In this document: positions 40,503 through 50,685 of the stretch, piece by piece
Layout: every line of letters starts with the position of its first letter
Position numbering within the stretch: position 1 is the stretch's first letter
Origin: an uncultured bacterium
Lineage (GTDB): Bacteria; Verrucomicrobiota; Verrucomicrobiia; Limisphaerales; UBA8199
DNA length: 64,000 bases
Reading direction: 5' to 3'
Assembly: GCA_963749495.1 (NCBI GenBank)
Contig: CAVVMW010000014.1
Span: 256,001-320,000, forward strand
Position numbers and translations under genes: made by a program
Notes under the pieces: generated by a model
Seen by the model: only the letters and a program-made list of their open reading frames with translations
Database searches by the model: none
Told to the model about the DNA's origin: nothing

Positions 40503-41810
40503 CTACAGGTGCCAGGGTGCGCGCAGGGCGCGGGTCAGGAGTTGGGCGGCGGCGGAGTCGCCGGGGATGGTCTGGCGGCGGGCGTCCCAACGGATTTTGC
40601 GCCCGGTCCAGATGGCGATCATGCTGAGCTGGGTAATCGAGTCGGAGAGCATGGCGACTTCGGCCGGGGCGATGGCGCGGCGGCGGCTGCGCACGCAGTC
40701 AATGAAGTTGCCCATGTGATTCTGGCTTTGGTAGAGCCGAATTTCATCGGGACCGATCTGCTGGTCTTTCAGGGAATCGGGTTCGGTGCTCAAGCCGCCG
40801 CGGCTGATGTGGACCTTGCCATTCTCGCCAATGAGCGTGGCGCGGTCGCCGCCCGGGGTGAAATGGAAATCGGCCCCGTTGGCGAACTTGCCCCGGATGT
40901 TCCAGTCGAACGGAGCGTTGAAGAGGCCCTTGCCGAACTTGCCGGCGCCCTCGAACTCGACCGGCACGGCGCCGGCCGGGTCGTCGCCCATGGCCCAGAC
41001 CATATCGGTGAGAGGGTGTGCGCCCCAGCCGCCGATGAAGCCATGGGCGTTGTCGCTGCACCAATAGGAGCCCCACTCCGTGCAGCGGTCTTTGGTGTAA
41101 GGCCGCCACGGCGCCGGGCCCAGCCACAGCTCGTAGTCCAGCCCCTCGGGAACCGGGACCGGCTCCAGCGAACCGCCCTCGAAACCGTAGCTGGGCGCAG
41201 TGACCTCGACGGCTACGACCTTGCCGATGCGGCCGTTGCGGACCAACTCGGCCCCATGCCGCACGTGGCTCATCGAACGCTGCTGCGTCCCATACTGGAA
41301 GACACGGCTGTAGCGGCACACCTCCTCCCGGATGGCCGCGTCCTCTTCCATGCTCAGACCCAGTGGTTTCTCGACATAGACGTCCTTGCCGGAGCGCACG
41401 GCCAGGAGGGCAGCCGGCACGTGCCAATGGTCGGGCGTGGCGATGACCACCGCCTGGATGTCTTGCCGCGCCAGCATCTCGCGCAAGTCCCGGTATGGGG
41501 TGCAGACCTTGCCCCCGTAACGCTGGTTGAGCGCGGCAGCGGCCCCTTCCCGACGCTGTCGAAAGACATCGCAGATGCCGACGACCTTGACGTTGGGCAG
41601 ACTGGAGACCTCCGCCAGCAGCGCGCTGCCACGGCCGCCCACGCCGATCGAGCCGACCAGCGTCTGGTTCGAGGGCGCCTCGGCGCCAAACACCCCATGC
41701 GGGATGAGTTGGGGCGCCGCCAGCAACGCGCCGGCCTTGGCGCCTGCGGCCAGAAACGCGCGTCGCGTCAGACGGGAATTACAGCACTGGTTCAGTGGTG
41801 CGATCTTCAT
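40503..41810 (-). CDS. Gfo/Idh/MocA family oxidoreductase, Tat-exported
   Basis: TRRAFL, IGVGGRG, ATPDHWH and YVEKP motifs. Confidence 0.93.
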   Translation of the reverse strand: MKIAPLNQCCNSRLTRRAFLAAGAKAGALLAAPQLIPHGVFGAEAPSNQTLVGSIGVGGRGSALLAEVSSLPNVKVVGICDVFRQRREGAAAALNQRYGGKVCTPYRDLREMLARQDIQAVVIATPDHWHVPAALLAVRSGKDVYVEKPLGLSMEEDAAIREEVCRYSRVFQYGTQQRSMSHVRHGAELVRNGRIGKVVAVEVTAPSYGFEGGSLEPVPVPEGLDYELWLGPAPWRPYTKDRCTEWGSYWCSDNAHGFIGGWGAHPLTDMVWAMGDDPAGAVPVEFEGAGKFGKGLFNAPFDWNIRGKFANGADFHFTPGGDRATLIGENGKVHISRGGLSTEPDSLKDQQIGPDEIRLYQSQNHMGNFIDCVRSRRRAIAPAEVAMLSDSITQLSMIAIWTGRKIRWDARRQTIPGDSAAAQLLTRALRAPWHL

Positions 41811-41912
41811 GGGCCAGTTCTACACGGTTTAACCCCGCCTCGACAAGGGAGATCCGGACTGCTTGTGCAAAGGGCGTAATGGATCAGTGATGGCGGGAGC
41901 GTCACGGGCCAA

Positions 41913-42056
41913 CCCCTCACCCCGGCCCTCTCCCCTTCCGAAGGGGAGAGGGAAACGTCTCGGCAGTCTCTCGGCGTTCCAGGCGCCTCCGCTTCCTAAG
42001 GCCGCTACCGAGATTCCTCCCTCTCCCCTCCGAGGGGAGAGGGCCGGGGTGAGGGG
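41913..42056. repeat. Inverted REP-like pair
   Basis: CCCCTCACCCCGGCCCTCTCCCC..GGGGAGAGGG (41913-41952) with an inverted copy at 42019-42056. Confidence 0.85.
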
Positions 42057-42146
42057 TCAGCCGGGGATTCCGTTTCCGCCTTCACTGACCGATTACAAAG
42101 GGCTTGGAATCTCCGTTGCAAATCCACTCGCCGCGGCTAGACTGGG

Positions 42147-42464
42147 GTGATGCTTGTGATCGAGCCCATTACTCATATTCGACGCGATGAACGCGGGGTC
42201 GCTTGGATCGCCGAAACCAACACAAAAGTCGTCGAGGTCGCGATGGACCATGCCGCCTATGGCTGGGATGCGGAGGAGATCCACGCGGCCCATCCACACT
42301 TGTCGCTGGCCCAAATCCACGCAGCGCTCTCATGCTATTTCGATCACAAGCTGGAGTTCGACGGGCAGATGGAGCGGCAACTCCAGGATTACCACCGTCT
42401 GCGGGCTGAAGCCACCGGACAACTGACACGCGCAACTTTGATGGAGCGGCTCGCCGGGAAGTGA
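42147..42464 (+). CDS. DUF433 domain antitoxin
   Basis: GVAWIAETNTKV, AEEI..HPHLSLAQIHAALS.Y. Confidence 0.85.
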   Translation: MMLVIEPITHIRRDERGVAWIAETNTKVVEVAMDHAAYGWDAEEIHAAHPHLSLAQIHAALSCYFDHKLEFDGQMERQLQDYHRLRAEATGQLTRATLMERLAGK

Positions 42465-42560
42465 GCGTCGCACTATACATGGACGTGCACGTGCCCCGTC
42501 CGATTACACGTGGTCTGCGACGGCGGGAAGTGGACGTATTGACGGCACATGCACCCAATC
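42461..42560 (+). pseudogene. Truncated DUF5615/PIN-like toxin
   Basis: MSVALYMDVHVPRPITRGLRRREVDVLTA; similarity is lost where the MFS gene starts. Confidence 0.75.
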
Positions 42561-43805
42561 GCAACCGAACGGCAGAGTCCAGCCCTGACTCGCGGGCAGT
42601 GGATGGTCCTGACTGCGGCGTTCCTGGGCTGGATGTTCGATGGGGTTGAGCAAGGGGTGTTTCCGCTGGTGGCGCGGCCGGCGCTGCTGGACCTGCTGCG
42701 GGTGGAGAGCGACAAGGAGATCGGGCTGTGGATGGGGTGCATCACGGCGCTGTTCCTTGTGGGTGCGGCCGGGGGCGGGCTGGTCTTTGGCTGGCTGGGG
42801 GATCGGGTTGGGCGTGTGCGGGCGATGATCTGGAGCGTGCTGGCCTATTCGCTGTTCACCGGTTTCAGTTACTTCGCCCAGGCAGCCTGGCAACTGGGCC
42901 TGTGCCGCTTTCTGGCGGCCCTGGGGATGGGCGGGGAGTGGGCGCTGGGGGTGGCGCTGGTGATGGAGTGCTGGCCGGAGAAACACCGCCCGCTGCTGGC
43001 CGGGGCCATTGGAGCGGCCTCCAACGTAGGGTTCGGGCTGCTGGGGGTGTTGGGGGCGGCTTTCCCGGTAACGCGGGGCTCATGGCGTTGGGTGATGCTG
43101 GCGGGGGCGGCGCCGGCGCTGCTGGCCTTGTTCATTGCGCGATACGTGCCCGAATCGGAGCGGTGGCGCCAGTCGGTCAAGACGGGGCGGTCCAGGCCAT
43201 TGCGGGAGATATTTTCCAGGGCGCTGTGGCGGCGGACAGCGCTGGCGATAGTGTTTGCCTCGATCGTGCTGGTGGGCACCTGGGGTTCGGTGCAATGGCT
43301 GCCCTCCTGGGCGGACCAGTTGACGCAGGGCAAGGTTGCCAGCGCCAAGGGCCTGACCCAGATGCTCGTCGCCATCGGGGCCATCATCGGTTGCTTCATT
43401 AGCCCCTGGATCGGCAGCCGGCTGGGGCGGCGCCCGGCCTATTTCATCCTCTGCCTGGCGTCGCTGATCTCCTGCGGCTGCCTCTTCCGCTGCACCAGCC
43501 ATTACGGCGCGTTCTTCCTGTTTATGTGCCTGCTGGTGGGCGGCTCTACCGCCTCGTTCTTTGGCTGGCTGCCGCTCTACCTGCCGGAGTTGTTCCCCAC
43601 GCGCGTGCGTGCGACAGGCCAGGGGCTCTGCTACAATTCCGGCCGTGTCCTGGCGGCGGTCGGCGCGGTCGAGACCGGCCGGTTGCTCCGGGCCTTCGAC
43701 GGCAGCTACGCCAAGGCTGGGGCAGTCATCACACTGGTCTATGCCCTGGGCCTGGTTGTCATCTGGCTCGCGCCGGAGACCAAGGGAAAACCGCTGCCGG
43801 ATTGA
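42549..43805 (+). CDS. MFS transporter
   Basis: GWMFDG, GWLGDRVGRVR, GMGGEW and ELFPTRVRATG motifs. Confidence 0.93.
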   Translation: MHPIATERQSPALTRGQWMVLTAAFLGWMFDGVEQGVFPLVARPALLDLLRVESDKEIGLWMGCITALFLVGAAGGGLVFGWLGDRVGRVRAMIWSVLAYSLFTGFSYFAQAAWQLGLCRFLAALGMGGEWALGVALVMECWPEKHRPLLAGAIGAASNVGFGLLGVLGAAFPVTRGSWRWVMLAGAAPALLALFIARYVPESERWRQSVKTGRSRPLREIFSRALWRRTALAIVFASIVLVGTWGSVQWLPSWADQLTQGKVASAKGLTQMLVAIGAIIGCFISPWIGSRLGRRPAYFILCLASLISCGCLFRCTSHYGAFFLFMCLLVGGSTASFFGWLPLYLPELFPTRVRATGQGLCYNSGRVLAAVGAVETGRLLRAFDGSYAKAGAVITLVYALGLVVIWLAPETKGKPLPD

Positions 43806-43830
43806 TTGCACGGGAATTGAAAATTGAATT

Positions 43831-45342
43831 ATGACCCTCATTCACCATATCGCATCCGCCCGGCTCTATTTCATTCCGGTGCAAACCCGGGTCCCTCTCA
43901 AGTTCGGGCATGAGACAACGACCTCGGTGACGTGCGCGCGCGTGGCGTTGCGGGTGGGGGATGGGGCGGGCAACGAGGCTGAGGGCTGGGGCGAAACCCC
44001 ATTGAGCGTCCAATGGGTCTGGCCCAGTCCCCTGCCCTACGAGGCGCGGCACCAAGCCCTCAAGCACTTCTGCCGGCGGTTGGCGTCGGCCTGGGTCGCC
44101 TCGGGTGTCGAGAAGCCCGGCCACCCGCTGGAACTGGGTTATGACTTTCAGGAGCGCGTCTTGCGCAGGGTCCTGGACGAGTTCAACGAGCAGGGTGGCC
44201 CCAGGACGCACGAGGGACAAAAGGGACAAAAGGGACGCGAGGGAGCGGGCGTGCGAGCAGCAGGCAGGGCGGAGGAGTGTCTTCAGGGGATTGTCCGCGC
44301 CCCGCAGGAGGTGTCGATGCCTTGGCTGGCAGCCCTGGTCTGCAACTCCCCGTTCGACATCGCCCTGCACGACGCCTTTGGCAAGCTCATCGGCCGGCCG
44401 GTGTATGAGACTTATGGTCCTGATTGTCTGGGAACCGACCTGGGACGCTTTCTGGAGCCTGCAGCCGGGGCGTCGGTGAGCTTCCGCGGGCTTTACCCCG
44501 CCGACTTTTTCTGCCGCCGGCCCGCGACGCGGCTTGTTGCCTGGCACCTGGTGGGCGGGTTGGACGCGCTCGCGCCGGACGAGTTGACCGGCGCCGAGCC
44601 CCAGGACGGCGTGCCGGTCACGCTCCAGGAGTGGATTCGGCGGGACGGCCTAAAGTGCCTGAAGGTCAAGCTGTGCGGCAATGACGCGGCGTGGGACTAC
44701 CGGCGGGTGGTCAGGGTCGGGCAATTGGCCATCGCCGGGGAGGCGGCATGGCTGAGTGCGGACTTCAACTGCACGGTGCAGGAGCCGGCCTACGTGAACG
44801 AGATCCTGGATCGGCTGCGCGACGAGCAGCCGCGCATTTACGGCATGATCCTTTACGTGGAGCAGCCCTTTCCGTACCAGCTGGAGGAACACCCGCTCGA
44901 TGTCCGCAGCGTGTCGGCGCGCAAACCGCTGTTTCTGGACGAAAGCGCCCATGATTGGCGGATGGTGCGGCTGGGCCGGGAGTTAGGCTGGACGGGCGTT
45001 GCCCTCAAGACCTGCAAGACCCAGACCGCGGCGGTCCTGAGCGCCTGTTGGGCCAAGGCCCATGGCATGGGCCTGATGGTCCAGGACCTGACCAACCCGA
45101 TGCTGGCCCAGATCCCGCACGCGCTCCTGGCCGCCCATGCCGGCACCATTATGGGAGTCGAGACCAACGCCATGCAGTTCTACCCCGCCGCCTCGGCGCC
45201 CGAGGCGCAAATCCACCCGGGCCTCTACCAACGCCGTCAGGGAATGATCGACCTCTCCACCATCGGCGGCCCCGGCTTCGGCTACCGGCTTGAGGCCATC
45301 CAGCGCACGCTGCCGCCGCCGGAGGTGGTGGCCGGAGCGTAG
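43831..45342 (+). CDS. Mandelate racemase/muconate lactonizing (enolase superfamily) protein
   Basis: KCLKVKL, ADFN, YVEQP, LDES and ALKTCK motifs. Confidence 0.85.
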   Translation: MTLIHHIASARLYFIPVQTRVPLKFGHETTTSVTCARVALRVGDGAGNEAEGWGETPLSVQWVWPSPLPYEARHQALKHFCRRLASAWVASGVEKPGHPLELGYDFQERVLRRVLDEFNEQGGPRTHEGQKGQKGREGAGVRAAGRAEECLQGIVRAPQEVSMPWLAALVCNSPFDIALHDAFGKLIGRPVYETYGPDCLGTDLGRFLEPAAGASVSFRGLYPADFFCRRPATRLVAWHLVGGLDALAPDELTGAEPQDGVPVTLQEWIRRDGLKCLKVKLCGNDAAWDYRRVVRVGQLAIAGEAAWLSADFNCTVQEPAYVNEILDRLRDEQPRIYGMILYVEQPFPYQLEEHPLDVRSVSARKPLFLDESAHDWRMVRLGRELGWTGVALKTCKTQTAAVLSACWAKAHGMGLMVQDLTNPMLAQIPHALLAAHAGTIMGVETNAMQFYPAASAPEAQIHPGLYQRRQGMIDLSTIGGPGFGYRLEAIQRTLPPPEVVAGA

Positions 45343-45614
45343 GGCGCCGGAGCGGTGATTGCCTGCGAGGAAAGAAAAAAACAGAAGGAAACGGAGGAAA
45401 CCAAGAAACACCTTGTCCCAGGCTCACGACATGCCTGGCCGAGTCCGCGCCGGCTCAACTGTCACTTTTCTGGATTGCAGCCGTCGAAGGTTCCCATCTT
45501 TCTGCCCCCATTTTTCTGCCTGCCTCTTTTTGGCTTGCAGACCATTGGGGCCATGCCTTGTCATTTGGCCAATTGGCACTTGACCCCGGGATTCCGGGAT
45601 GAGTCCATTGGCCC

Positions 45615-46007
45615 ATGGCACGCGCCTTGCGCATCGAACGGGCGGGCGGGCGGTATCACGTCACCGCCCGCAGATGGCAGGAAGTGGCGCGCTATGTGCA
45701 ATTGAATCCCGTACGGGTGGCGCGGCTGAAGCTGGACAAGTCGGGGCGCGCCGCCTCGCACGCCGGGGTTGCTTGCGGCCCGGGCGCCGAACTTGTGGCC
45801 GAGCGGCATGGCGACTGGGGCCGCGACGCGGCGCTGTGGCTGGGGCGGCGAACCGCCCGCTTCCCCTTGGCCGAGCTGGGCAAGTCAACTGACGGTTTGG
45901 ACTACGCCGTAGTGAGCAAAGCCCTCGCCCCCTTTGGCCGGCGCCTCGAAGCCGATCCCCGCCTGCGAGAAGATATAGCCGCAATCCGGGACCGATTGTC
46001 CAAATGA
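45615..46007 (+). pseudogene. Internally deleted REP-associated tyrosine transposase (Y1 + DnaA_C-like HTH)
   Basis: MARALRIE..GGRYHVTAR is joined directly to RYVQLNPVR, so the HUH core is missing; C-terminal LAELG..DYAVVS. Confidence 0.8.
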
Positions 46008-46045
46008 CAAGTCATGACCCGAATGGGTTTACACCGCGGTTTTCA

Positions 46046-46429
46046 TCACCACGCCACGCGCTTCAAGCCGCGCACCTTGTCGAAATGTCCGTCGAGGGTG
46101 GCCAGGACCAGTTGATGCTGCCGGCTGAGGGCTGCAATCCAGATGTCGTTTTCAGGAATGGGGGTCGCCGCCGCGCGCAGTTCTTCGCGGATGTCGGCGT
46201 AATGATCAGCGGTGTCGGCATCGATCGACACCAGCGCGCACGTGGTTTTCACCTCCGCGATCCATCGCTCCAGCTTGGCTCGTTCACGGGACCTCCGGAT
46301 GCCAAAGAGGAACTCGCCGAGCGCTACGACGGGCACGTGCCAGAGCCGGTCCTTGGGCAGAACCCGCAACAGCCCGCGGTCAGCGTCGGCCCAGGCCGAC
46401 AGCGCGTTGGTGTCCAGCATCACTTCCAC
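46046..46429 (-). CDS. vapC: VapC/PIN toxin (intact)
   Basis: LDTNALS, GE..FG, PIPENDIWIAA and TLDGHF motifs. Confidence 0.92.
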   Translation of the reverse strand: MEVMLDTNALSAWADADRGLLRVLPKDRLWHVPVVALGEFLFGIRRSRERAKLERWIAEVKTTCALVSIDADTADHYADIREELRAAATPIPENDIWIAALSRQHQLVLATLDGHFDKVRGLKRVAW

Positions 46430-46665
46430 TCCTCCGCATCAACCTGGGAGAAGGCTTCCTCGATCGCGGATTGAATGCGCCGGATTTCTCCCTTTCTTAG
46501 GCTGGGAGGCGGCACTGGCCAGTCCGTTCGTTGACGCCGCCGGGGCGGGCACAGTTTCTCCTTCAGGGCGTCGGTCACGAACGTCTTGAGGGATAGGCCG
46601 CGACTGGCCGCAACCGTCTTGGCCTCGCGGAACAAGCGGTCTGGAATTTCCACTGTCGTTTTCAC
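46420..46665 (-). CDS. vapB: VapB-type antitoxin
   Basis: GTG start; MKTTVEIPDRLFREAK (RHH); overlaps vapC. Confidence 0.85.
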   Translation of the reverse strand: MKTTVEIPDRLFREAKTVAASRGLSLKTFVTDALKEKLCPPRRRQRTDWPVPPPSLRKGEIRRIQSAIEEAFSQVDAEEWK

Positions 46666-46776
46666 GGCGCTACTTTGCCGTAAATATGGGCGGCGGTCAA
46701 TCCACGATTCTACGAAAACCACATGGTGGTTCGGGGGTGCGCGTGTGCTGCGCGGCCTCGCTGGGCCGCTGGAAGA

Positions 46777-46905
46777 CCCGTGGCGGTCCGCCCGGAAGTG
46801 AAAAGCTATGGGCTGACCCCTGACATGCCCGTGGCGGTCCGCCCGGAAGTGAAAAGCTATGGGCTGACCCCTGACATGCCCCTGATGACCCCTGACATGC
46901 CCCTG
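46777..46905 (+). repeat. 51-bp tandem repeat (2 exact copies) plus partial TGACCCCTGACATG units; third copy at 48917-48964
   Basis: CCCGTGGCGGTCCGCCCGGAAGTGAAAAGCTATGGGCTGACCCCTGACATG at 46777-46827 and 46828-46878. Confidence 0.92.
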
Positions 46906-47018
46906 ACAGTGGCGTAAAAGTTTAGCTCCTACCCCTCGGTTTTCGTCGAATTTCTGACTTTTACTCCTTGACGGCTTGACTTCCATGCCCTATAGTATGC
47001 GTATATATACGCATACTC

Positions 47019-47300
47019 ATGAGCAAACAATCCGAAGTTCTCCGGCTCCGCCAGGAACAACTCAAACGCCAAATCAACGACGCCCTCCAACTCCTCCAAG
47101 GCTCGCTCCACAAGAACCCCTCCCAGCGCGGCTACCACCTGACCTTCAAGGTGGACCAGAAAACCGTGACCAAATATGTTCGCAAAGAACTGGTGCCTCT
47201 GGTCCGGGCCATGACCTGCAATCACCTCAAGGTCCGCAAACTCCTCCAGCGGCTCTCGGAGGCTAACTGGCGCCTGCTCCAACTGCCCCCCTCAGACTGA
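47019..47300 (+). CDS. IS accessory protein (DUF6788-like)
   Basis: LLQGSL..YHLTFKVDQKTVTKYV; lies inside the IS, 2 nt before the transposase. Confidence 0.7.
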   Translation: MSKQSEVLRLRQEQLKRQINDALQLLQGSLHKNPSQRGYHLTFKVDQKTVTKYVRKELVPLVRAMTCNHLKVRKLLQRLSEANWRLLQLPPSD

Positions 47301-47302
47301 CC

Positions 47303-48889
47303 ATGCCTGAATTCAAGGACCTGCCCGACGACTTTTGTTGCCCCTACCGGGATGGATGCCCTTATCTGGAAGGGCTCTCCACGGGCTGGGTCTTTCATCG
47401 CTACCAACAGGTAGCCGGCACCGAATGCCACTACGAATACCAACTCCAGGAACTCCACAAGGAGTTGGACCAGGAGCGGCGGCAGCGCAAGCAACTGGAG
47501 CTTGAAAACCAGCAACTCCGGGCGCAACTCCAGGCCCTGCACCGGCGCCAGTTCAAATGCCGCCGAGCACCCCGCAATCGCTCGTCAACCGACTCCAACC
47601 CGGAGAAGAAAGCCAAAAAGCGCGGCGCCCCCGTGGGCCATCCGCCCTGGCAGCGAGCCAAGCCCGAGCACATCGACCGCACCGTGCCGGTGCCAGCGCC
47701 CAAGATCTGCCCGCACTGCCACGGGAGCCACCTTCAACCCGTCGGGCAAGTCCATGAACATGTTCAGGAAGACATCGTGTTGGAACCCCGCGCCGTAGCA
47801 ATCCGCTTCGTCCATCAACAAAGCTATTGTTCGACTTGCGACTGCAATGTGCTTCAGCCGGGACCAGGTGAGTTGCTGGGCTCTTACATCGGTCCGGCGG
47901 CCAAGGCCACCGCCGTGTACATGCGTTACGAGTTGAACGTGTCGGACCGTAAAATCAGCCGCTTTTTCGCGGAGTTCTTCGGCTTGAGCTTTGTGCCCGC
48001 CAGTGCCTACGGCTTTGAGCGTCAGGCGGTGCGCCGGGGCCTGCCCCTCTACGAGGACCTGCGTCAAAAAATCCGCGCGCTGTCGGTGGCCCACGGCGAT
48101 GAAACCTCCTGGCGTAACGACGGCGACAATTACTTTGTTTGGTATGGCGGCAACGACCAGTTGGCCTTCTTTGTGTTCGCCCCCGACCGCTCCGGCCAGA
48201 CCGCCCAGAGCATTTTCGGGCGGCGCTTCTCCGGGATTTTAGTCTCCGACGCCTACGCCGCGTACAACGCCGTGCATCCCAAAGACTGGCAATCGTGTCT
48301 GTTCCACATCAAAAACAAGGCCAAGGAAGTTGGACAGGAATTGGCCCTGCTCCAAGGCGAAGCCGCCGACCCGGCCGCCCGAGAGTTTTGTGAGCAGATC
48401 CAGGACTTTGTTCACACTGCCTGCCAGACGCACCGCCGCTTGGCTCAGGGTTCGTGGCGGGCCACGGTCGCAAAGAGAAAGGAACTGGAACTGCGTCGCA
48501 CGTTGCGCCAGCTCTGCCGCCAGCCTCTGGACCACGCTAAAGCCGAGAGCTTTCGCCAGCGCCTCCTGGGCAAGGAACAGAAGCACCTGCTCACTTGCTT
48601 CCGCCACCCGCTCGTGCCACCGACCAACAGCCAGGCCGAGCGGAGTATGCGCCCGGTCGTGTTCATGCGCCATGTCGTGCACTGCACCCGTTCGGCCAAG
48701 GGCCTGGAGAACCACAGTGTCCTGCGCAGTCTCTTTGAAACCGCTCGGCGCCAGCGCCGGAGAGTCAACCAGTTCTTTTACGACCTGTTCACCAAAGACA
48801 CCGAGCAAGCCCAGGCTGCCCTGTATCGCAACACCGCCAAGGGAAAGTCGCGGCCACACCCGACTTGCGAGAAGAAAAAACCCCCGTGA
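47303..48889 (+). CDS. tnpC: IS66 family transposase
   Basis: Coiled coil, GAPVGH, CPHC..CSTC zinc finger, HGDETSW, VSDAYAAY, QSCLFH and PTNSQAER motifs. Confidence 0.93.
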   Translation: MPEFKDLPDDFCCPYRDGCPYLEGLSTGWVFHRYQQVAGTECHYEYQLQELHKELDQERRQRKQLELENQQLRAQLQALHRRQFKCRRAPRNRSSTDSNPEKKAKKRGAPVGHPPWQRAKPEHIDRTVPVPAPKICPHCHGSHLQPVGQVHEHVQEDIVLEPRAVAIRFVHQQSYCSTCDCNVLQPGPGELLGSYIGPAAKATAVYMRYELNVSDRKISRFFAEFFGLSFVPASAYGFERQAVRRGLPLYEDLRQKIRALSVAHGDETSWRNDGDNYFVWYGGNDQLAFFVFAPDRSGQTAQSIFGRRFSGILVSDAYAAYNAVHPKDWQSCLFHIKNKAKEVGQELALLQGEAADPAAREFCEQIQDFVHTACQTHRRLAQGSWRATVAKRKELELRRTLRQLCRQPLDHAKAESFRQRLLGKEQKHLLTCFRHPLVPPTNSQAERSMRPVVFMRHVVHCTRSAKGLENHSVLRSLFETARRQRRRVNQFFYDLFTKDTEQAQAALYRNTAKGKSRPHPTCEKKKPP

Positions 48890-49219
48890 CTGGGGTGGGC
48901 GCTAAACTATTACACAGTGGCGGTCCGCCCGGAAGTGAAAAGCTATGGGCTGACCCCTGACATGGTCTTGACCCCTGACATGGTCTGACATCATTTTCCG
49001 GATCGTATTCAAACTTTGTGCTGAGCTTTTCCTGCCACACTGAGAGTAGCCGAATCGAAGTTGCGCCCCGACCGGCTCGGATACCGATGCTCCAGAGGAC
49101 CTGAGAAGGCTGGCTTATTCAAATAGCCGGAGCGGCATCGCGCCGTCCGATTCGCGGGGGCCGGCGAGCGGCGGCAACGGACTCCAAACCCCGGTCCGCG
49201 TGGCCGCCGGTGGCGACGC

Positions 49220-49400
49220 GCAGCGGATTTCGAAGAGCAGCGTGAGGCCCCCCTGCGGCGCGGCCCAGGGAACCTGCATCGTCTTGGGCCCGTGCTCCGG
49301 GCAATCTGCCCGCAGCGTCCGCGCTCGAATCGGCGCGGTAAGCCGCATCGTGTCCAGGTGCCCCCCACTTCCTCTGGGGCGCGCCCTGGTCAATGGAATA
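49220..49400 (-). pseudogene. ISL3 family transposase fragment
   Basis: HLDTM..R.DCPEHG..VPWA.P..LTLLFE. Confidence 0.75.
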
Positions 49401-49656
49401 CTCCCGTCTGCACTCCGGGCACTCGGCCGCCAACGCCCAAGCGTAACGCAGGATGCTCCCGGCGGAGCGGAGCGGAGCGGAGCGAAGTCCGGCGCGAAGC
49501 GGTTGGATCTCAGCTCCAACCAGAACGCCCCAGCATGAAATGAGGCCCTGCCCAGTGTCTCCATTCTAAAAGCCTTCTGGCGCTCCGGCCCACCCTGGCC
49601 ACTAACTTCCAGGAATGTCCCAAGAACCTGACCCCTCAGAAGATAAAGCCAAGTCC

Positions 49657-50466
49657 TCATCGCTTCCTCTCGGCTGTCCCTGTCTTGTCGGGGGTTTGTT
49701 TTTCCGGGTCGGCGGTCTTCTTGTCCGCTGGATTGGCGCTGGCGGCGTGACGCAAGCGGTAGCTGCGCCCGGTGATCTGGATGATCTCAGCCTGCTGGAG
49801 GAAGCGATCCAAGATGGCCGTGGCGGCGGGGACATCGCCCAGCAATTGACCCCAGTCTTCGATGGGCCGGTTGGACGTGAGCAGAGTGGAGCGGTTCTGG
49901 TGCCGACGCACAATCAGTTCCAGGAGCGTCTCGGCGCTCTTGGGCGGAAAATGCTTCATGCCGAAGTCGTCGATGCAGAGCAGGTCGGGCTTGAGATAAC
50001 GGGTTAAGTTGCGTTGAGCCTCAGCCGGGGACTGGTCAGCCTGGAGTTCGCGGACCAAATCAAAGACCGAGCAATAGAGCACGATGAAGCCGGCGCGCAG
50101 GGCGGCGTGGCCCAACCCCTGGGCCAGGAAGCTCTTGCCCACCCCCGGGGGGCCCAGCAGCAGGACATCGCGGTGCTGGCGGATAAACTGGCCAGTGGCC
50201 AGGTCGAAGATCTGGCTGCGTTTGATGGAGGGGTTGAAGCTCCAATCGAAGTCCTCCAACGGTTTGAGGTCGTGGAAGCCGGCGGCCTTTTTGCGCCGTT
50301 CCAGCCGGCGCTGGGCGCGCACGTTCAGTTCGTCCTGCAAGAGCAGTTCCAGGAACTGCAAGTGGGGCAGTTGATGGGAGGTGGCTTCCTGCACGCGCAC
50401 GTCCAGGCTAGCGCCCAGGCCGGAGAGCCGGAGCTGGCGGCAGGCTTCTTTGAGGTTATGGGTCAT
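49657..50466 (-). CDS. istB: IS21 helper ATPase IstB
   Basis: LEDFDWSFNP, GPPGVGKS, LCIDDFG, TSNRP..W and AILDRF motifs. Confidence 0.93.
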   Translation of the reverse strand: MTHNLKEACRQLRLSGLGASLDVRVQEATSHQLPHLQFLELLLQDELNVRAQRRLERRKKAAGFHDLKPLEDFDWSFNPSIKRSQIFDLATGQFIRQHRDVLLLGPPGVGKSFLAQGLGHAALRAGFIVLYCSVFDLVRELQADQSPAEAQRNLTRYLKPDLLCIDDFGMKHFPPKSAETLLELIVRRHQNRSTLLTSNRPIEDWGQLLGDVPAATAILDRFLQQAEIIQITGRSYRLRHAASANPADKKTADPEKQTPDKTGTAERKR

Positions 50467-50685
50467 GGTGTTTTGGTTTTGATGAACAGGCCGTATTCGG
50501 CCAGGTTGCGGATGAGGGGATGGCTCTGCGCGAAGTCCATGTGAGTCTGGATCTCGCGCTGGCGCTGTTCCAAGAGCGCCTTAACATCCCGCAGTCGCCA
50601 GGCCCCGCGAGACAGGGCGCTGGCGCAAGCATCGTTGAGAGTTTTGAACGAGTGGCGATCGATCAGGCCGATGGTGCAGGTGGAG
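50463..50685 (-). pseudogene. istA: C-terminal remnant of IS21 transposase IstA
   Basis: My translation: ..LNDACASALSRGAWRLRDVKALL..HPLIRNLAEYG; overlaps the istB start and is cut at the inverted repeat at 50686. Confidence 0.7.

Larger units (their letters stand above)
46914..48913 (+). mobile_element. IS66-family element, complete (2000 bp)
   Basis: Terminal inverted repeats GTAAAAGTTTAGCTCCTACCCC / GTAATAGTTTAGCGCCCACCCC (19/22 match); 8-bp target duplication ACAGTGGC at 46906-46913 and 48914-48921. Confidence 0.92.

Noticed and set aside
46777..46905. Possible CRISPR array
   Set aside because: The units are contiguous identical tandem copies with no unique spacers, and there are no cas genes in the window.
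49657..50685. Complete IS21 element
   Set aside because: istA is reduced to about 70 codons and I could not identify paired ends.
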